From: Nemertoderma westbladi
Lineage: Eukaryota > Animalia > Xenacoelomorpha
DNA: 40,906 bases
NCBI GenBank assembly: GCA_032718475.1
Contig: JAUCBJ010003844.1
Coordinates: 1-40,906 of the forward strand
Reading direction: 5' to 3'
Part shown: piece after piece, positions 35,394 through 40,906 of the stretch
How the letters are laid out: the number at the start of each line of letters is the position of its first letter
Position numbering within the stretch: position 1 is the stretch's first letter
Made by a program: the position numbers and the translations under genes
The notes under the pieces: model-generated
What the model was told of the DNA's origin: nothing
The model's input: the letters and a program-made list of their open reading frames with translations, nothing else
Database searches by the model: none

Positions 35394-35843
35394 TTAATTA
35401 CGTATCAAGGGTCGGGTACCTTACCACCCTTGCATTGATAGCTGCTATATAACTCATGCACTCTGCATTGTTTATTTGTATGGTGTTGATGTTGATGAAA
35501 AATTGATGTAAATTTAAAAATATCGAATTTTTTAGAATTTTAATGCCTGAGACGGCCATCAAGGCCAACTTAAAACTCAATAAAATTTTGTGTACAGGTA
35601 TTTTGGATGGTTTCCAACCTAATCCGCATTGGTTCATTTGAAATATTTAATGAGTAATAAAATTTTATATGTGCACGAAAAGTACCGAAAAGTCTCATTT
35701 TTTTAAATTTTTGAGCCCGAGAGGGCCATGAAGACGAAGTCCAAAAATAAAAATATTTGCATACAACGTTTTTAGATGGTATATCACATTTCCCATACCG
35801 GTTCAACAGCGAATTCGAAAAAAAGTAAAAATGATCCGCCCTA
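35394..35843 (+). mobile_element. 3' arm and terminus of the hATm element
   Basis: Ends ...atgatccgcccta (reverse complement TAGGGCGG, a hAT-type terminus) at 35843; matching left TIR not found. Confidence 0.55.
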
Positions 35844-36309
35844 GTAAACATGTGTTACAAGATCCTATGCAGTTTAGTAAACTCACAATTAATCATAATA
35901 ATATATGTGGTGGTAGGCAGGCCATTACACAATACATTATTTACACTTTTTACCGCGAAGTTTCGATTTAGTTACATGTTGAGGCTAGCCTTGATGTGTG
36001 GAGCTTGCACCTGTTTAATTTCATCAGGAGAAATGCCTCCAAATCTTCTTGAGTCAACGTACTGCATAGACGAGTTAAAATAAGCTTTAACTGATAAAAC
36101 ACTCATTCACAGCAAACCTGATAAAATTTAGTTATTACAATAAAATTACCTACAAAAGAATACAGGTAATTAATTATGTAGGCTACTGAGCTTCAGTAAT
36201 TAGTTTCAGTTTCAATATTTTAAAACAAACACAGTTTTCTATAATTCTATTTGTAAATTTTATATATTTATTATTATGAGTGGTAAATTCTATTAAGACA
36301 AATTATGTG

Positions 36310-36870
36310 TTTGTCTTTCTCACATTACCTAGGTCATGGGCAGAGTTAGAACTGTTCTGTAAACCATGCAGAGAGTCTCATATGCTGAGGAGAAAAAATT
36401 TTATTCTACCATAACCTTTAATCAACCGACTTTGCAGTCGCCAAGGCATTTCCCAGGATGTTCCACACATATATCTTCATCACATTCATCGACATCAGTT
36501 GTTATTGGTATGTATAGAATCATAGGTTGTTTGAGTAGGGACCATTCATTGGCAAATTGAGAAAGTTCACTTCTAAATCTGTTCAAATCAAGATCAGGAA
36601 GGATGGTGAGAAATCATTTTAAGTGTTCTACCATCAATAGTTCATTATCTGACGATGTTTTGCTAAAGTTCTTTGGATCAAAGAGTTCTAAGCTCTGATA
36701 CAATTTTCCATGTTTGGAAAAGCGGTTGTCAGTTTGATGAATAGCTGTATCTATAACAACATTGGACTTGCTTTGCACCCTTGCTTTGAACTTATCGTTA
36801 GGATCTTGAAAAGGTTCATCTCTTGCCATTTTGCCTGGCATTTTTTTTTTCTGGCAACGTTTATTTTGCA
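36310..36870 (-). pseudogene. hAT (Tip100/ZMYM1-like) transposase C-terminal fragment
   Basis: KKKMPG.MARDE..DP...F, NRF, FDPKNF, SAYETL..YRTVLTLPMT*V..ER (dimerisation domain motif). Confidence 0.7.
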
Positions 36871-37339
36871 ATATCAAACTTGCTAGACTTAGAAGGGCCT
36901 GGGAATTTTCACGAACAGATGTATGGCCCCACCAGGCCAATGATTCTCACTTATTTTTAGCAGTTGATATAATTAATTTCATATCTGGTTGATCTGGTTA
37001 ATTGGCACAAAATGTGAAAATTTATTTACGAATGATGGCATATTTTACATCATTACAATCGAATTTTTATGCTGATTTCGAATCTGACATCAGAAAATAT
37101 AGACAGTTATGTGGTCAAAAGTTATTAAAGGAAAATCTGTTTTGTAGACCATGGTATACAATAATACTCCCCAAGGTATACATAATTTTCAAGGTATACA
37201 ATTTTATGACATATGTATGTCATATGTGTAGACCTTTGGCACTCACTTTATGGATTTCAAAGAAATTTGATTCCAAGAGGTACTTAGTTAGTAGCTACGT
37301 AGTTTTACATTCGTTTTCTAGATCTTTGTAAAAATGGTC

Positions 37340-38060
37340 AAATTAGACCATGGAGTAATTCTAATATGATCGTTGATGAACTGAATAAAGCCAGAAGAGT
37401 TTAGAATATTAATGTACCGATTAGTTTTGTCATAGTTTTTCAGGAGGTCTGTGTTCATGTCTCCAGTGATAATTACGTCCAGTTTATGTTCGGCTATAGA
37501 GGTGAGAGTAGTTTCAAGTGCAGATAAGAAGTTATCAGTAGAAATAGCTCCGGTGCTGTAAATAGCGCCTACAAGTAGAGGTTTAGTGGTGGAGTGAGCA
37601 CGTCTAATTTCAACCCATGAGCTTTCGTGGCCGTCAACATGAATGTCATTTCACTGTGCTACTTCTAATGTATTTTGACAAAAATAGCAGTTCCGCCTCT
37701 GTAGAGCTTGCCATATTTACGATTATCTACGAGAGGAGTTCGATACCCATACAGTTTAATTTAGTTAAGATCAGTATCATCCAGGAGAAAAGTTTCCAAA
37801 AATGTTAGGACGTCAAAATTGTTATTAAGTGTGAGGAGAAATTCCGATATTCAATTAGGGTTTTTGATAGACTATGACAATTTAAAATTGAAAATGCTAA
37901 TTTATTTAAATTTTTAAATTCTTTATTAAAAGATAATTCAGTAAATGTCCCACCGTTTACGTTAGTGTTTAATTTGTTATTATCGGGGTCTTAGGGGTTA
38001 TCAGTTGTTTTTATTACATCGAAAATATCACACAGTCATGTGATAGAACATTTTGGAAAG
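37340..38060 (-). pseudogene. CR1-type LINE APE endonuclease remnant
   Basis: DPDNN, LNCHSL, LLVGAIY, IITGDMNTDLLK across frameshifts. Confidence 0.7.
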
Positions 38061-38191
38061 GAAATGTAGTTATTGCAGTAAATACAGGAAGGTTCGATTG
38101 TAGTATGGTCCCTCAATTCGGTGTCAGGCAGGTGGTGCCACAGAGTATATGAAAGTTTGAAGTAGTTCCTCGCCCTGAGCACCGTCGTATG

Positions 38192-38450
38192 CATAATAAA
38201 GGAAGGATAAAGTGATCTTTAGGTGCCGCTGTAATTATATTATATAAATGCCAGATATTTCAACCAAAAATTGTAAACAAATACAATTAAACAGGCCTTC
38301 TTCGATTCAATCCAGGCCAATTAGGCACCAGAGCCACTGAGGAAGGCCTGTTTAATTGTATTTGTTTAAAATTTTTGGTTGAAATATCTGGCATTTATAT
38401 AATATAATTACAGCAGCACCTAAAGATCACTTTATCCTTCCTTTATTATG
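38192..38450. repeat. Inverted repeat with 109-bp arms; likely Penelope-like pLTR remnant
   Basis: 38192-38300 vs 38342-38450, two mismatches seen, 41-bp spacer. Confidence 0.9.
38333..38392 (+). ncRNA. Minimal type I hammerhead ribozyme (Penelope-type), candidate
   Basis: gcca-CTGAGGA-aggcc...ggtt-GAAA-ta-TC-tggc: stem I gcca/tggc, both core boxes, palindromic ATAT stem III. Confidence 0.6.
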
Positions 38451-39007
38451 ATTATATAAAAGTGTTTACAGCATAGGGCACATATAAATTGTTGGTCCAA
38501 GGGACAAACTTAGAAAAGCAAAAATAGCAATCGGGATTTATAGCTCCAGGGGAAAAGGGATAGGGGCAGGATATGGACATCTAACTAAGGAAGTGCACAC
38601 AGTTGTATAACTCCAGTATACAAATACCAACAGCGGCGGTGGGTTGACTGGCAATCTCTGCCACGTTCTCTCTACAATATATATATAATGTGCAAACGCA
38701 CCAGGCAAGAAATAAAAAAAATCAGAGATGATGCCTGGCAAGGTTAATAACAAAAGCAATGCATGGCCATATTTCCATATAATTTAAGTGGTAGAGTGCT
38801 GGCCAGAGCCAGAGCCAGAAGAAGAAGCAGAAGAAGCAAAAGCCAGAAAAATATATGAGGAAACAAAATATTAAATATTAAACCCCGATGTATGAGGAAA
38901 CAAAATATTAAACCCTGGTAGGCCTACCTGAATCGGCGTATTTTCATATATAATATATAGGCCTAGTGCTGAAATATGTAGGTTGGTATAAAGAACAAAA
39001 AATATAA

Positions 39008-40480
39008 AATTATTATTATTATTATTTTAATTTAATCCAGGCCACACGGGTCCATAGTAAAAACACAATAATTACATACACTACACATAATTTTACAGTT
39101 ACAGTTTACCTACAAATACAGTTATTCTCACGTAATAGCACAGATTTAATATAAATTTAATTGCACATGATTTATAATATACTAGTTAGTTAACCAGCCA
39201 ATCGGCATGTACTATATACCGCACATACAATTAAATTATCCGCTTGCACACCCTAGATATCAAGCTAGCTATGGAGCGATGTCGGATGTGAATAAACATC
39301 GGTAAATTTAATTGTACACATGTTAAGCTTATACTGGTGGGTTCTCTATCAGCAAATCTCGGAATATTGAAAAATAAACGAATAGAGTTATTATATGCCA
39401 CTCTAATTTTGTTATATATACTATCAGAGTAGTGCTGACCCGCCCATATAGTGCATTACCATAGATCTGGGTGCAAAATGCACGAAACAGCACTACTCTG
39501 ACAGATAAGCTGGCCGAACCAAACTTCCTAATTAATGTATTAGCTCTCGCATATAATAATTGCATTCGCCGTTTGATGTCAAAATCATCATCGGTGGTGC
39601 TATGCAATATGCCTAAGTAATTAAATATATCGACAATATCAACAGGTTTACCGTACAAATATATTCGCCCCGGTGAAAAATATGCACTACACTTATGAAT
39701 GAAATATAAACATTTCGTTTTCTTAATATTAAATGTTATTGAGTTTACAGTAGCGAACCGTTCGGCTAGATCAACAAGGCGTTGCAACCCAACAATAGAA
39801 TTAGATATAATACACATATCATCAGCGTAGATAATGTGATTCACCCTAGCTGTACCCATTAAGCAACCCAACCCGCTAGACGTTAAAGCGCTACTTAAAT
39901 CATCAATATACACATTAAAAAATATGGGGGAGCTAATGCCACCCTGGCGGGTACCATTAGTAACCCTAAACCTACTAGATATCATACCGCCCCAGCTTAC
40001 TTGCATATGCTGATCCCTATCTATACCAGTACGCTATAAGCCTAACTATATATACCGTTCTCTATTAACTTGCGAAATAAAATAAAATGATTTATCTTGT
40101 CAACCCCGTGATAAATAATAGTTTATGATTTCCTTCAATGTATAAATACATAGCTCCGTACCTAGCTATGGCTTAAAGCCAAATTGGTTTGCAGAGGTAC
40201 CTAACTTCTAACAATTTAGTGCATGCACCAAAAATAAAGTGCTCGGCGGAGAGTCCGTCTGGACCTGAAGCTTTCCCCTCTGAGAGCTGACTAAGGGCAC
40301 CAAATACTTCATTCACAGAAACCCTGGGTATATGCCAGCCTGCATTATTGTTAAATTTATTATTAACATAACCAAATTCACTATCATCATTAACACTGTT
40401 ATATAAGTTATTAAAATGGGATTGCCACATATTGCATATATTCTCAGCACCAACAGCCACTCCGATATTAAACCGATAAT
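39008..40480 (-). mobile_element. RTEX-like LINE remnant (RT with internal deletions)
   Basis: KASGPDGLSAEH, NGTRQGGISSPIFFN, IIYADD, FNYLG, LFRAFCTQIYG; (TAA)n tail near 39008-39026. Confidence 0.85.
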
Positions 40481-40585
40481 ATAAAAACCTATACTATAAG
40501 GTACACAAGCCTCCATTAATCGACAAGACAACACATCAAGAGAAAAAGAGCAAAAACATACAAAAAACAGGGTGTAAACGTTACG

Positions 40586-40826
40586 CCGACAGCCGAAAAC
40601 CGACAGCCGACAGCTGACAACCAACAACTGACAACCGACAGCTGACAACCAACCACCGACAGCCGACAACCAACAGCCGACAACTGACAGCCGTCGACCG
40701 AAAACCGACAGCCAGCAACCGACAACTGACAACCAACAGCCGAAAACCCACAGCCAGCAACCGACAGCCGACAACTAACAACCAACAGCCGACAACTGAC
40801 AACCGACAGCCGACAACCGACAACCA
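40586..40826. repeat. 7-bp degenerate tandem array (CCGACAG/CCGACAA/CTGACAA)
   Basis: More than 30 heptamer units; explains the CRLSVV-type ORFs. Confidence 0.9.
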
Positions 40827-40906
40827 AATCCGAAAACCATTATTAGCGGTAATTAAATAACAACAATAAAAAGAGCAATTTGGTGAAGAAAAATATTAAT
40901 AAACTG

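Noticed and set aside
40313-40827. Cys/Val-rich minus-strand ORFs
   Set aside because: Translations of a 7-bp tandem array.

Overview
AT-rich eukaryotic (most likely invertebrate) DNA made almost entirely of degraded, nested transposable elements; I find no intact host gene. Main elements: a BEL/Pao LTR retrotransposon (~6983-15429, 3'-truncated), a near-full-length RTE LINE, two RTEX-like LINE remnants, CR1/L2, CRE and GalEa-type copia fragments, and three hAT-superfamily transposase relics. Four features stand out. (1) A 1084-bp foreign insert with an exact 8-bp target-site duplication sits inside the BEL gag and carries an unrecognised ~282-codon intronless ORF (candidate RNA-virus-derived element or retrocopy). 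(2) A frameshifted BEN-like + PWWP chromatin-reader gene, largely missed by the ORF track, lies next to a CACTG-type transposon end. (3) A hATx/hATw-like transposase can be re-joined from three pieces once nested insertions are removed. (4) A 109-bp-arm inverted repeat contains a minimal Penelope-type hammerhead ribozyme. Family assignments come from motif recognition by eye; no database searches were run.
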